A DNA stretch of 64,000 nucleotides from Octopus bimaculoides (taxonomy: Eukaryota), in the NCBI RefSeq assembly GCF_001194135.2, contig NC_068981.1, forward strand, positions 86,590,751 to 86,654,750, written 5' to 3'. Below are positions 1-12,516 of the stretch, in pieces; position 1 is the first letter of the stretch, and every line of letters begins with the position of its first letter. The translations under genes were made by a program, and so were the position numbers. The notes beneath the pieces were generated by a model. It was not told the DNA's origin, did not search any database, and saw only the letters and a list, made by a program, of their open reading frames with translations.

Positions 1-151
1 AATGTGTGGAATACAGCAAGCAAAGAGATATTGATTACAAAAGAAAACAGGTACACATGGCAACAGCTACTGAGTGCATTTTTTGCCAAAAAAACATTTA
101 GCACCAAACCTTTCAGATAGAGAATGAAATGATAATGATAAAAGAGACATC

Positions 152-375
152 TGCTGTGGCCAGTGCTGGTGATGCGTTTATGACACCTGGGCTGATAACA
201 TTTAAAAGGCACTCAGTACACTCTATGGAGTGGTTGGCTTTAGGAAGGGTATCCAGCCATAGAAACTAAGCCAAAACAGACTGGAGCCTGGTGCAGCTCT
301 CTGGCTTACAGTCCTCAGTCAAACCATGTAACCCATGCCATCATGGAAAGCAGATGCTAAATGATGATGATGAAC
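152..375 (+). mobile_element. RTE-related SINE/LINE 3' tail (family A) ending in (ATG)n
   Basis: Contains cactc...gtggttggc..taggaaggg.atccagc..tagaaac...aacccatgcca.catggaaagcagatg.taaatgatgatgatg. The same tail terminates the RTE ORF2 fragments at 25830-26048 and 30480-30665. Confidence 0.8.
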
Positions 376-467
376 CTACACAACTTCTCAAACCATCTCC
401 AGAAGAATGTGCACACACATTGGTTTTTATCTGTATGGGTTTTTGTCTGTTTGTTTTGGGTCGTGTA

Positions 468-505
<38 letters not shown>

Positions 506-1015
506 GCGTGTGTGTTTGTGAGGGGGATAGGGTGGAGGGTTCATAAAAAATGTTACAGTGTGAGAGGATTTAATAATTTCTTTGAGAATCATATTTAAAT
601 GAGGATGTTGAGTTGGATCTTGCACATAGTATGAAGATGGAAGGTCCCAAAATATTTTGTTGGCTAAGAGACATGTTGAATGGAAAAGGTGGCTCAAACT
701 AAGCAACAATGGCTACAGGGAAAAGTGCATGGAAGAATAGTGGTTCAGATCAATATTAATAAATTTTAGCACATATAATGCCCAAGAACACAATAAAATG
801 ATGCAACTGGGTGAGCATATCAATACAGCTTTCCATGTTAAATTGTTCCAGTTGACCACATCAACAGCCCCAAATATTACTCCTGATTTAGTCTTTGTTT
901 CTGAGTACATAGCATATTAGATTTGAAAACAAATTATGACCACATTATATTATGATATTGCAAGAACACAATTATTATGAAGACAATAGTTTTACTTAAT
1001 TAGTTTCCAAGAATT

Positions 1016-1162
1016 TAGGTGTGTGATTGTGTGGTAAGAAGTTTGCTTCCCAACCACATGGTTCCAGGTTCAGTTCCATTGTGTGACACCTTGGGCAAGT
1101 GTCTTCTACTATAGCCCTGGGTTGACCAAAGTCTCATGAGTGGAAACTGAAAAGAAGCCCAT

Positions 1163-1209
<47 letters not shown>

Positions 1210-1400
1210 ATGCGTATGTGTGTATGTGTTTGTTTCTCACCACCATCACCACTTAACTACTGATGTTGGTATGTTTACATCCTCATAACTTAGTGATTCA
1301 GCAAAAAATAAGTACTGGGGGTTGATTTGTTTGATTAAAACCCTTCAAAGCAATGCCCCCACTATGACCACAGACTAATGACTGAAACAAATAAAAGATA
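1016..1400 (+). mobile_element. tRNA-derived CORE-type SINE (family B, octopus OR-like) with internal (GT)/(AT) tract
   Basis: Head gtgtgattgtgtggtaagaagtttgcttcccaaccacatggttccaggttcagtt, CORE-like accttgggcaagtgtcttctactatagc, tail ...aatgactgaaacaaataaaaga. Colinear with 50424-50814. Confidence 0.8.
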
Positions 1401-2014
1401 TACAACTGCCCACCATGAAAATGAACAAGTGTACACTGATGGAATTGTTGCTCATCCATTGTCTCTCAGTTTTGATTTCTTCCTATTATGTCACCATACA
1501 CCACTCCTTGATAAATAGCTGTGGACTTCATGGCGACATCTCAGAACAACTGTCATAATATTTCATAACAGGGGATAGAAAAGTTAATTTCCCATCATGT
1601 TCAACAATGGTATTTATTGAACAAGTTGAATATTTACAATTAATTTATTATCTTTGGTGAACATGCAGGACTTGACTAGGACTGCCAGAATACAAGGCCT
1701 TGATATAAACACTCTTTTCATGAAGCGATAAAACATACTCAGATGAATATGATTTGTGTATATGTGTGTGTGTGTGTGTGTATGTGTAAGGTTTTGTAAT
1801 AATATTCATCAAAGTATAAAACAATGCCATTGATAAAGCAACACAGTTCTATTGAATGCAAGTAATGTTTATTAGTTTTTGTTCTTAACAATTGCAAACT
1901 AAACCATAAATACTATTACAAAGAGGTATAACATCACAGTGATTGATTATGATTATGATTATGAATACAGTTATGATTATGAATGTTATTTTAAAGAAAC
2001 ATTTGGGATTATAT

Positions 2015-2242
2015 TTAACCCTTTAGCATTTAAACAGGCCATATCTGGCTGAAATATTCTACTTGTTTTATGTTCAAACTGGCCAGATCTGGCCTCTCAC
2101 ACCTACCCTATAATGTCATTCTAAAAATAATCAATAACATCATCAAAATATCAAAGCTATGAGATAATGCTTGATTAATTCAAAACAACATGAATAAACA
2201 AGTATTATATTTGACAGAGTAATCTGAATGCTAAAAAGTTAA
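2015..2242. mobile_element. Non-autonomous piggyBac-type MITE
   Basis: TTAA-CCCTTTAGCATT at the left end and AATGCTAAAAAG-TTAA at the right end. Related copies at about 27840-28052 and 37843-38070. Confidence 0.7.
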
Positions 2243-3116
2243 ATGTTCTAAAATAAAGAATTAATAAACATTTCTTCTCACCTTAATTATTGAATTAAAA
2301 GAAAAACCAAGAAAAAAATAGTGAACTAAAATTACTATTAAAAACTCAATATAAGCAAATTTTGTGTTAGCGAAGTGTACATTCACAAAAAGATTTTACT
2401 CGAATTTAAACAAAGACAAATGTATAGTTTCTGAAATGTGTTAACAAAATAAAACAGACTTTTACTGGTGTCTTTTTTCATTTGTTTTATGTAATGATAT
2501 CTATAATCTTACAGGATAATCAGACTACTTTCTGTACACAAAAATATATGAGCATTTGCATTATCCTTCTAAATGCAGAGTCATATATATATATGTGTAG
2601 CTATTCGTTTCATCCCAAATTACCTGTCAATTCAACTACTTGGAAAGGAAAGAAGTTAAACTAACAGTGTAAACACTAACTTGAAATATAAAGTTTCTCT
2701 GGTTCTCAATACTGAAGAAGTTGACTTTAATTGCACAAAATGAAATTGATATATGTGTATGTGTGTGTGTGTGTATGCCTGTGTCTATTTGTGTGTATAT
2801 ATATATGTATATAATCATAAACATGTGCACAAGTATGTGAATATATCCTGGGATTAACTACTCATGAGAATATGGCACAACTGAGAACAAAATACTCAAA
2901 ATATTAATACTGATTGTGAATATGATTTAGTACAAAAGTGAGACCAACAAAAAGTATGTTGCTTTAGTTTAGAGAATCACTGTTTTAATAAAATGTATGT
3001 GTGTGTGTGTCTCTCTCTCATTGTATGTATGTATGTATGTATGTATGTATGTATGTATGTATGCATAGGTTTGGAAAGGCAAACAGGAAATTAGAACTCA
3101 AACATGAGTATATATG

Positions 3117-3163
<47 letters not shown>

Positions 3164-3169
3164 TTATTC

Positions 3170-3277
3170 ATATTTAGCAGAAGTAACAGAATGACCCCCT
3201 GATTTGTAACTAGTTTGACAAGTGCTAATACATGAAACTCTCAGTCTTTGAGTTACTCTGTTGCTTCTGCTAAATAT
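3170..3277. mobile_element. Small hairpin MITE with 21-bp TIR
   Basis: atatttagcagaagtaacaga (3170-3190) and tctgttgcttctgctaaatat (3257-3277) match with 1 mismatch. Second copy at 48918-49086. Confidence 0.6.
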
Positions 3278-3292
3278 TAATTATATATATGC

Positions 3293-3341
<49 letters not shown>

Positions 3342-3360
3342 CACACACACACACACACAC

Positions 3361-3547
3361 CATGGCAGTGCCACATAAACAGTGCCCAATACACTATGTA
3401 AAGTGGTTGGTTCTAGGAAGAGCAGCCAGCCACAGAAACCATGCCAAAACAGACAATTGGAGCTTGTTGCAGGTCTCCAGCTCCTGTCAAACTGTCCAAC
3501 CTATGCCGGCATGGAAAACAGACAGTAAATGATGATGATGATGATGA
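3361..3547 (+). mobile_element. Family A RTE-related tail
   Basis: gtggttggttctaggaag...gcatggaaaacagacagtaaatgatgatgatgatgatgat. An oppositely oriented copy follows at about 3630-3790. Confidence 0.75.
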
Positions 3548-4660
3548 TAATATGTGTGTGTGTGTTTATATAAAGTGCAGGCTTGGTAGTGTGGTTAAAA
3601 AGTTCGCTTTGCATCATCTGCCAGCATGGGATGGATTGTTCGGCAGGATCCAGTGAGCCACAAAGTAGTACTACACAATCCAGTGCCAGCTTTAGCATGT
3701 TTTCTGCAGCTAGATGTCTTTCCCAATGCAAACCACTTTACAATGTGTATGGGGTGCTTTTTACATGCCTCAGGCACCATGAGGTTGCAAAGCAAGTTGC
3801 AAGGCATAAAAAGAACAGAAAAGGAATAAAAAGACCCTACAACTAGGTGATGGGGAGGGGAGTATGAGGTAGGTAGGGGTGGCTTTAATCCTGGAGCTAA
3901 GAGGCTGAAGTATGATGTAGGGAAAAGCACAGATGTCTTGCTATGGTGGAGATATATGGGCTACAATACATTATATAAGGGTGAGTTGTATTAGCTGAGA
4001 ATAGATAAATAAGGGGAATAAGGGAATATAAACATATTAATAAAGTTTCATAGTCATGAGTTTTTATTTGTATCTTACTTCTTTTGTTTTTACCAAAATA
4101 ATTCCAAATCTACTTCTCTATGAGTTCAAAGACAAACTGTGAATATGCTTAATCCTATGAATCAATATCTTTAAAACTTAATATTCTGTAAATACATTTG
4201 TGTGTCTGTGTTGTGAGTAAAATTTGATAAACAGTAACTAGAAAGAAGCCTGTTGTGTGCGTGTGCATGCACACGTGTGTTTGCATGCATATATATATTT
4301 AATATAAAATATATAACATATATAATATATCAATATATAATTTATATAACATAATATATATNNNNNNNNNNNNATATAATATATAATATATATAATACAA
4401 TATATATATATATATAATGTATATATAATATGATATATAAATATATATTATATAAGTGTCTCTGTTCCTCTTGTCATGGCATCTATGCACAAGTCACCAA
4501 CATAATTTGTGAGTTGTTTGTAATCCTCTGTGAAAGCATGTCCAGGTTGTATCTAATAAGTTTTGTCTAATCCATGTAAGCATGGAAAAGTGGACATTAC
4601 AACAATGATGATGTATACACACACACAAACATAAGGTTAATTACATATATGCATACATAC

Positions 4661-4704
<44 letters not shown>

Positions 4705-5088
4705 NNNNNNNNNNNNNNNNNNNNNNNNNNNNNNNNNNNNNNNNNNNNNNNNNNNNNNNNNNNNNNNNNNNNNNNNNNNNNNNNNNNNNNNNNNNNNNNN
4801 NNAGAGAGAGAGAGAGAAAGAAAGAGAGAGAGAGAAAGAGAGAGAGAGAGAAAGAAAGAGAGAGAAATATATATGTATATACACAAATATATAAATACAG
4901 GGTTAACCTTCAAATTTGTCATCATCAAGGGCTCAAAATTGTTATAGTCAGTCTTGATTAAGTTGTCTATCTCAATTCCATAATACACACATACACATTA
5001 GACAGTAAGTTCACAAAGAAGCCAACACAGGAGGGATAAGCCTTAACAAATGTTGTATTAGTTTAATGCATAAAGAGAAGGGAAAGTG

Positions 5089-5124
5089 TCCTGATGTTTT
5101 GGGTATTAGTCCTTCATCAGAAAA
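5089..5124 (-). ncRNA. Decayed minimal type I hammerhead ribozyme motif (Penelope-associated type)
   Basis: Minus strand reads TTTT CTGATGA AGGACTAATACCC AAAA CATC AGGA. Two CpG>CpA changes convert the canonical CCGAAACGTC into the observed CCAAAACATC. Confidence 0.45.
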
Positions 5125-5768
5125 AAAACAGAAACAAAAAAAAGAGTATGGGGTCAGGATGGAATGTGCATGTATAGGAAGGTATCAATGTACAGAAATG
5201 GGTATAGGGAGAATTGTGTGTTTGTGTGTGTGTGTGATAGGGGTGCATACAGTTTTTTGTTTGTGTGAGGGTGTGCAGGTATGTGTTGTAGTGTAGGATA
5301 GTGTGGTATAATGGTGTGTAGGCTTGGGATAATTGTATGTGAGAAGGTTGGGGGCGATGAGAATGTGACAGATGCAGCCAGTTTTGACATGGTTTCTATA
5401 GATGAATGCCCTTCCTAACACCAACCACTTCCTAGAGTGTACTGGGTGCTTTATTTGTGGCACTAGCACTAATGAGATTGCCATGTAACTCACAAAACTA
5501 AAGAACACTCTCATCTGAGAAAGGGTGTAGCAGAATGGGAATTTATGCCAATTGTTGTGAGGCTGAAGTATAATAGAGGAGCAGGAATAGGTATGATCTG
5601 GCACAAGATATACACACATGCAGGCACACACGCACACAAACACACACACACCCATCTCAGTTAATGCCTTTAAAACTCAGCTGCTTATTCTACATCCTAG
5701 TGTTCTGTCATTCATTCTAGTTAGCGTTATATAATGAATGGCACACTTTTACCTAATTTTTCTTCCAG

Positions 5769-5832
5769 TCACTCCAGATATTCCATATTCAATGTTCAAA
5801 ATCCATTTGACTGCCACGCACTTCTACACAGT
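5769..5832 (+). CDS. Candidate internal exon of an unidentified gene
   Basis: Acceptor ttttacctaatttttcttccag| and donor |gtatgt. Two frames are open: HSRYSIFNVQNPFDCHALLHS and TPDIPYSMFKIHLTATHFYT. No homology recognised. Confidence 0.25.
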
Positions 5833-7299
5833 GTATGTTTCAAACGAAGTGCTATTTGCTATAGCTTTCTTCTTCTATCAGCTATGCTCTCAGTAGGACA
5901 ATCTCCCAACACTAGCTTGGTCACCGAGATAACAAAAAAGTGTGAACTATTTAATGAGATGTTTTAGCAATTGAAAGACTTCAGCTGATAGAAGCTCTGA
6001 CTACTCTAGAAAGTTTCTGAACGTTTGGTTATCTGCTAATCTGTCAGACATCCTTGACAATTCGTAAAGTACATAAAGCAGCAGGAGTAACAGCAGCAGC
6101 TGGAAAGGTGGTGGTGATGATGTTGATGATTAAGAGTATTTCTTAATCAGGTATGAAATCATATGGCTATGAGTCATGAGGGAGGGGAAACATTAACAGG
6201 TGGAGTAAAACTGACTATTGTAAGAGAACTATGGTAGCAAGTAAAGTCAATCAAACTAGAGAGTAAAACCAGATTGTGGATTTTAGCGTTTGTGGAGATT
6301 AACACATTAAATGCTTTTCATAGAAAACATTTTAATCTACCTAATAAAAGATAGTTATCGATGTCTTAAATAAACACATACAAACATACACACATGTGTG
6401 TATATATATATATATGTATCAAATTATCTGTTTAGCTTTATATAAGTGTGTGTGTATGTGTTTTTGTTTTAAAACAAAAAGATTGACAGGGACTTTGAAG
6501 TCTCAGCTTACTTACCATCATAAGAGTGTGATTTACTTTAGTTTTTGAAGTTTAATATACAGTGGGATTTTGTTTTGTGTGGAGAGTCCATCTGATGGGT
6601 GGAATGATACATATGCAAATGAGGTATAGTGTAAATGAGTTTTACAGAAAAACAAAAGGTTGTATGAAGAGGGGTAATGGACCAATTCATGCACATATTA
6701 TGAGTTTATATGTATGTGTATATGTGTGTTTGTGAGTGTATGTGTATGGGGATGCATATATATGCACATGTCTATGTTTTATATACTCATATACACATAT
6801 CTATGCAAATATTTATGAAACTACAAGGTATGCATATAATCATACATTGGAATGTGCATGTATGGATATGAGTTGCCTTATCTCTCTCTCTCTCTCTCTG
6901 TATATATATATATAATTAAAAATACACATTAAGTACAGGACATCACCAGCAAGGGAAAAATATGTAAATACAAGACAGATATGTAAAGGACAAGTACAAA
7001 AAATACACATTAAGTACAAGATATTACTAACAAGTGAAAAATACGTAAACACAGAGATAAATACATACATGCACGCATATGTATATCAGAATGTTTTGTT
7101 ACAAACACATCATGTACACCAGAACAGAAAATTTATAATAACCCAACCATTTTTATAAAGCAAATTGAAAATTTACTTAGACACAAACATTTAACCTAAT
7201 CTACTAACTTTGATCTATGCTCAAAGACAATTCCAGCCTGTTGCATCTATATTGTATGATGATACTGCTACATTAATCATTGGATATGACACCCTCCTG

Positions 7300-7700
7300 T
7301 ATAACTTAATTAACTATCCAAGTGATCATGTATCCTATCTCACCAAATATCTTGAGGATTTCTGCAATTATCCCTGATGGATTTGCAGATTTCCTTCTCA
7401 TGTCCTCAATCACTTTATCTAACAAGCTACTATCAATTTGAATTGCTGGTCCCTCTGTAGGGTGAGCATGACATAGCCCCTTTTTATCCCATGCATTTCC
7501 CACATTCACCAGCTTCTCACACTTCTTGCCAATGATGTTTTGGGTCTCTCTTATACACTGCTTTGCAGTTCTGGACACTTCATGTCTTTGATCCTCACAT
7601 TCTAAGACATGCAATTCTTTTTTTTTTTGCCTCACCTGTCACCTAACTGCTCTTCTAGCCATTTGATAAGGCTCTCAACTTCCACCTTGGAACATAGGCA
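7300..7700 (-). mobile_element. RTE LINE ORF2 fragment (linker upstream of the RT domain), degenerate
   Basis: ORF 7306-7635 contains PTEGPAIQIDSSLLDKVIEDMR...PSGIIAEILK, the same block as 29420-29680 and 24789-24990. Confidence 0.8.
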
Positions 7701-8071
7701 TTGAATGATGATGATGATGACAACGATGATAAGCTATATATATAATGTTTGTTTTTAAGTAAGTTATACATAACAACAGTTTAATATTGAATTGATGGAT
7801 CACTCAATAATTTATATTGAGTGACCTTGTATATGTACTTATATATATACATATATGCATATTAGTGAGTGTATACACACACACACATACACATATATAT
7901 ATGTACTTGTATACATATATATATGTGCATGTGTGCATATAATGCAAAATATATGCATACAAATATATATGTAAAATATATATACACACAAACACAAATA
8001 TGCTTGTATGTATGTATACACATACACATATATCAATATATTCATATTAACAGGTAAGTTGGTGGCAAAAC

Positions 8072-8106
<35 letters not shown>

Positions 8107-8655
8107 TATATACATACATATATATGTATACACATACACACACAAACGCACATACATACACTCATACACTGCTGTGTTTTGGAAGAGATGTATCAATTAA
8201 AGCCTATAAATACAGTCACTGATGGACATTTGTATTTGTTTATATTTTCAACAAAGCTTTTTCGATGTATCAATCCTGTGGCCAAAGGATTAATGTGAAG
8301 GAAAAAATTTTGGGGTAAATGGGAAAAAAAAATAGACAATCAAGTGTCTTTATAGGCTTTAATTATATGACTTTTCCAAAATTTAATAATATTGTTTGCA
8401 ATGATAACAAACCAAAATTCTTACAAAAGAAATTCAGACATACATACATGCATTCTCCACATTCACCAGTCTCTCATAACACTGCATATATACCTACACA
8501 CACACACACACACACACACACAATTCTAACCTAATACATATGTGTTCATGTATATGTGTAGGTGTGTATGATTCTTTTTTTTAAACTGAATCTCCAAGCA
8601 GATAAAGTTCTAAATTATAGCATGTAACTAGTGCATCAAAAAAAAAAAATCTTTT

Positions 8656-8995
8656 AAAACCCTTTGAACAGAAAATGTTGAAGGCTGCCCATGAAACTCA
8701 AACCAACATCTGTAAACATGAAAGGTGTTCTACCATTGAAGACCAAAACAATCCTTCACATTTCTCAATCCATTTTAGAAATTTTATTCTTACCAACAAG
8801 AATTGTATGTTGTTGATGTCAGAAGAATTTAGAAAGTTCTAGAGATGAAATAATTCATTTCTGGAACGGTGAATCCCAAAGCAGATACAGCTATAAATAA
8901 TAGCATGTAAATATTGGGCTGAAAACCCTTTTGGATAGAAAAAGTCAAAGGCTACCCATGGGACTCAGACTTACATCTCTAAACATGATATGTTT
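8656..8995 (-). mobile_element. Two head-to-tail tRNA-headed elements about 266 bp apart (third SINE-like family)
   Basis: aaaaccc...gaaggct.cccatg..actca.ac..acatct.taaacatga is repeated at 8656 and 8922. The minus strand shows an A-box-like ttcaatggtagaacacc and a decayed B-box ggtttgagttt / agtctgagtccc. Confidence 0.45.
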
Positions 8996-9109
8996 ACATG
9001 CTATTGTTCATAACGTTATCTAGTCTGAGATTCACTGTTCCCCACCAAAAAAGAATGACTTCATTACTTCATCTTCTCTCGAACTTTATAAATTCTTGTA
9101 ATGTCCACA

Positions 9110-9360
9110 ATATATTATCATCATTGTTTAATGTCCGTTTTCCATGCTGGCATGGGCTGGACAGTTAGACAAGAGCTGGCCAACCAGGAAGCGGTCCAAA
9201 CTCCAAATTGTCTGTTGTGGCATTTTTTCTACAGTTGGATGCCTTTCCTAATGCCAACCACTTCACAGAGTGTGCTGGGTGCTTTTTATGTGCCACTGGC
9301 ATGGGTGCATTATACAGCACCAGCATGAGTGCATTTCATGTGGCACCAGCACCTGTAAAG
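9110..9360 (-). mobile_element. Family A RTE-related tail
   Basis: tcatcattgtttaatgtccgttttccatgctggcatggg...ggatgcctttcctaatgccaaccacttcacagagtgtg is the reverse complement of the tail. Confidence 0.75.
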
Positions 9361-10384
9361 GACAAGCCTGTATAAAAGTAATATATATATATATATATAT
9401 CTCTATGTGGCTCGTGTGTTCTCGTCTACGTTTGTTTGCAATGTCCTGTACCCAGATATGCACCTATACATACAGGTGGATGTCGGTATGCACATACCTG
9501 TACGTATATATGCATATACTCATTTACTTTTGTTTTTACATGATTGAACGCAGCGTCTCACAAAAATTGTAAGTAGTTCGTAAACTTATCCTCCGACGCT
9601 ACTCTATCTCTTTCTCTTTCTCTTTCCTTNNNNNNNNNNNNNNNNNNNNNNNNNNNNNNNNNNNNNNNNNNNNNNNNNNNNNNNNNNNNNNNNNNNNNNN
9701 NNNNNNNNNNNNNNNNNNNNNNNNNNNNNNNNNNNNNNNNNNNNNNNNNNNNNNNNNNNNNNNNNNNNNNNNNNNNNNNNNNNNNNNNNNNNNNNNNNNN
9801 NNNNNNNNNNNNNNNNNNNNNNNNNNNNNNNNNNNNNNNNNNNNNNNNNNNNNNNNNNNNNNNNNNNNNNNNNNNNNNNNNNNNNNNNNNNNNNNNNNNN
9901 NNNNNNNNNNNNNNNNNNNNNNNNNNNNNNNNNNNNNNNNNNNNNNNNNNNNNNNNNNNNNNNNNNNNNNNNNNNNNNNNNNNNNNNNNNNNNNNNNNNN
10001 NNNNNNNNNNNNNNNNNNNNNNNNNNNNNNNNNNNNNNNNNNNNNNNNNNNNNNNNNNNNNNNNNNNNNNNNNNNNNNNNNNNNNNNNNNNNNNNNNNNN
10101 NNNNNNNNNNNNNNNNNNNNNNNNNNNNNNNNNNNNNNNNNNNNNNNNNNNNNNNNNNNNNNNNNNNNNNNNNNNNNNNNNNNNNNNNNNNNNNNNNNNN
10201 NNNNNNNNNNNNNNNNNNNNNNNNNNNNNNNNNNNNNNNNNNNNNNNNNNNNNNNNNNNNNNNNNNNNNNNNNNNNNNNNNNNNNNNNNNNNNNNNNNNN
10301 NNNNNNNNNNNNNNNNNNNNNNNNNNNNNNNNNNNNNNNNNNNNNNNNNNNNNNNNNNNNNNNNNNNNNNNNNNNNNNNNNNNN

Positions 10385-10415
<31 letters not shown>

Positions 10416-10764
10416 ATTTTCCCCTACCTTGCAGACAATCACTTCTTGACAAACCTCTCCCCCACATCTCATCTTCTCAGCATCCCCTTTTCCTCCACCC
10501 ATGCCCACCATCTGGTGTACCCCCACCCCTCTATCTCCCAATCACCCTTGTTGAATCTCTTTCCCACAACACATCCTCCTAACAAACCCCTCCCACTATT
10601 TCTGTCCATTCACTACATTCCCTTCCCACTGTCTCCAATACCCTTTTACAATAACCTACTCACCTTACCCAATCTTTGGCCCTTTACTTCACTTATATAC
10701 ACCTCCTTGTAACTTGAGTGTACTCCACCATAGACTATTTTCTCTCTCCCTCCCTCCACTCTTC

Positions 10765-10800
<36 letters not shown>

Positions 10801-10924
10801 AATACTGAGACAGTCATGTATCTTCTTTACTGCAAGACATATTTCTGTACCTCTACTCATAGTCTAACCTCTAATCTGGCACAAAGCCACCCTCCTCAAT
10901 ACTACTTCCTATCTCAGCTGAGGA

Positions 10925-11145
10925 GTCTTGTTTTGTAAATTATTTGATGACCTCACTATTGCTGGTGCCATGTAAAAACTACTCAGTACACTCTATAAAG
11001 TGGTAAGCTTTAGGAAGGGCATCCAGCTGTAGAAACCATACCAATGCAGACAGAACTTGGCATAGTCTTTTGACATGCCAGCTCCTGTCAAACCATCCAA
11101 CCCATGACAGCATGGAAAACAGACGTTAAATGATGATAATGAAGA
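10925..11145 (+). mobile_element. Family A RTE-related tail
   Basis: actcagtacactctataaagtggtaagctttaggaagggcatccagctgtagaaacc...gacgttaaatgatgataatgaagatg. Confidence 0.75.
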
Positions 11146-11321
11146 TGAGATATAAGGGAGTGCAAGTGTGTGTGAAAATACAAACAAATAGAAAAAAAAT
11201 GTAAAGATACCAATATCTAGAATTTATATATAACAATTTTCTTGTTTACAAGTATATGCAGGTACAAGCCACTCACAATTTTCATTACTATACATATGTA
11301 TCCATATCTCATATTTGTGTA

Positions 11322-11366
<45 letters not shown>

Positions 11367-11468
11367 AATATAAATAAAGAACAACACTAAGCAAATGAGA
11401 ACTCAATGTTAATTTGCAGAGTTGACTATATTCTTTGAATAGCTGGATATTTTGTATGACAGAGTATC

Positions 11469-11509
<41 letters not shown>

Positions 11510-11517
11510 TTACATGT

Positions 11518-11552
<35 letters not shown>

Positions 11553-12485
11553 NNNNNNNNNNNNNNNNNNNNNNNNNNNNNNNNNNNNNNNNNNNNNNNN
11601 NNNNNNNNNNNNNNNNNNNNNNNNNNNNNNNNNNNNNNNNNNNNNNNNNNNNNNNNNNNNNNNNNNNNNNNNNNNNNNNNNNNNNNNNNNNNNNNNNNNN
11701 NNNNNNNNNNNNNNNNNNNNNNNNNNNNNNNNNNNNNNNNNNNNNNNNNNNNNNNNNNNNNNNNNNNNNNNNNNNNNNNNNNNNNNNNNNNNNNNNNNNN
11801 NNNNNNNNNNNNNNNNNNNNNNNNNNNNNNNNNNNNNNNNNNNNNNNNNNNNNNNNNNNNNNNNNNNNNNNNNNNNNNNNNNNNNNNNNNNNNNNNNNNN
11901 NNNNNNNNNNNNNNNNNNNNNNNNNNNNNNNNNNNNNNNNNNNNNNNNNNNNNNNNNNNNNNNNNNNNNNNNNNNNNNNNNNNNNNNNNNNNNNNNNNNN
12001 NNNNNNNNNNNNNNNNNNNNNNNNNNNNNNNNNNNNNNNNNNNNNNNNNNNNNNNNNNNNNNNNNNNNNNNNNNNNNNNNNNNNNNNNNNNNNNNNNNNN
12101 NNNNNNNNNNNNNNNNNNNNNNNNNNNNNNNNNNNNNNNNNNNNNNNNNNNNNNNNNNNNNNNNNNNNNNNNNNNNNNNNNNNNNNNNNNNNNNNNNNNN
12201 NNNNNNNNNNNNNNNNNNNNNNNNNNNNNNNNNNNNNNNNNNNNNNNNNNNNNNNNNNNNNNNNNNNNNNNNNNNNNNNNNNNNNNNNNNNNNNNNNNNN
12301 NNNNNNNNNNNNNNNNNNNNNNNNNNNNNNNNNNNNNNNNNNNNNNNNNNNNNNNNNNNNNNNNNNNNNNNNNNNNNNNNNNNNNNNNNNNNNNNNNNNN
12401 NNNNNNNNNNNNNNNNNNNNNNNNNNNNNNNNNNNNNNNNNNNNNNNNNNNNNNNNNNNNNNNNNNNNNNNNNNNNNNNNNNNNN

Positions 12486-12516
<31 letters not shown>

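Noticed and set aside
341-709. ORFs with HTHT/CVCV/YIYI runs throughout the window
   Set aside because: Dinucleotide microsatellites lack stops in these frames, and there is no other coding signal.
6919-7060. Diverged tandem duplication of about 80 bp (aaaatacacattaagtaca..)
   Set aside because: It is an old local duplication in low-complexity DNA with no further signal.
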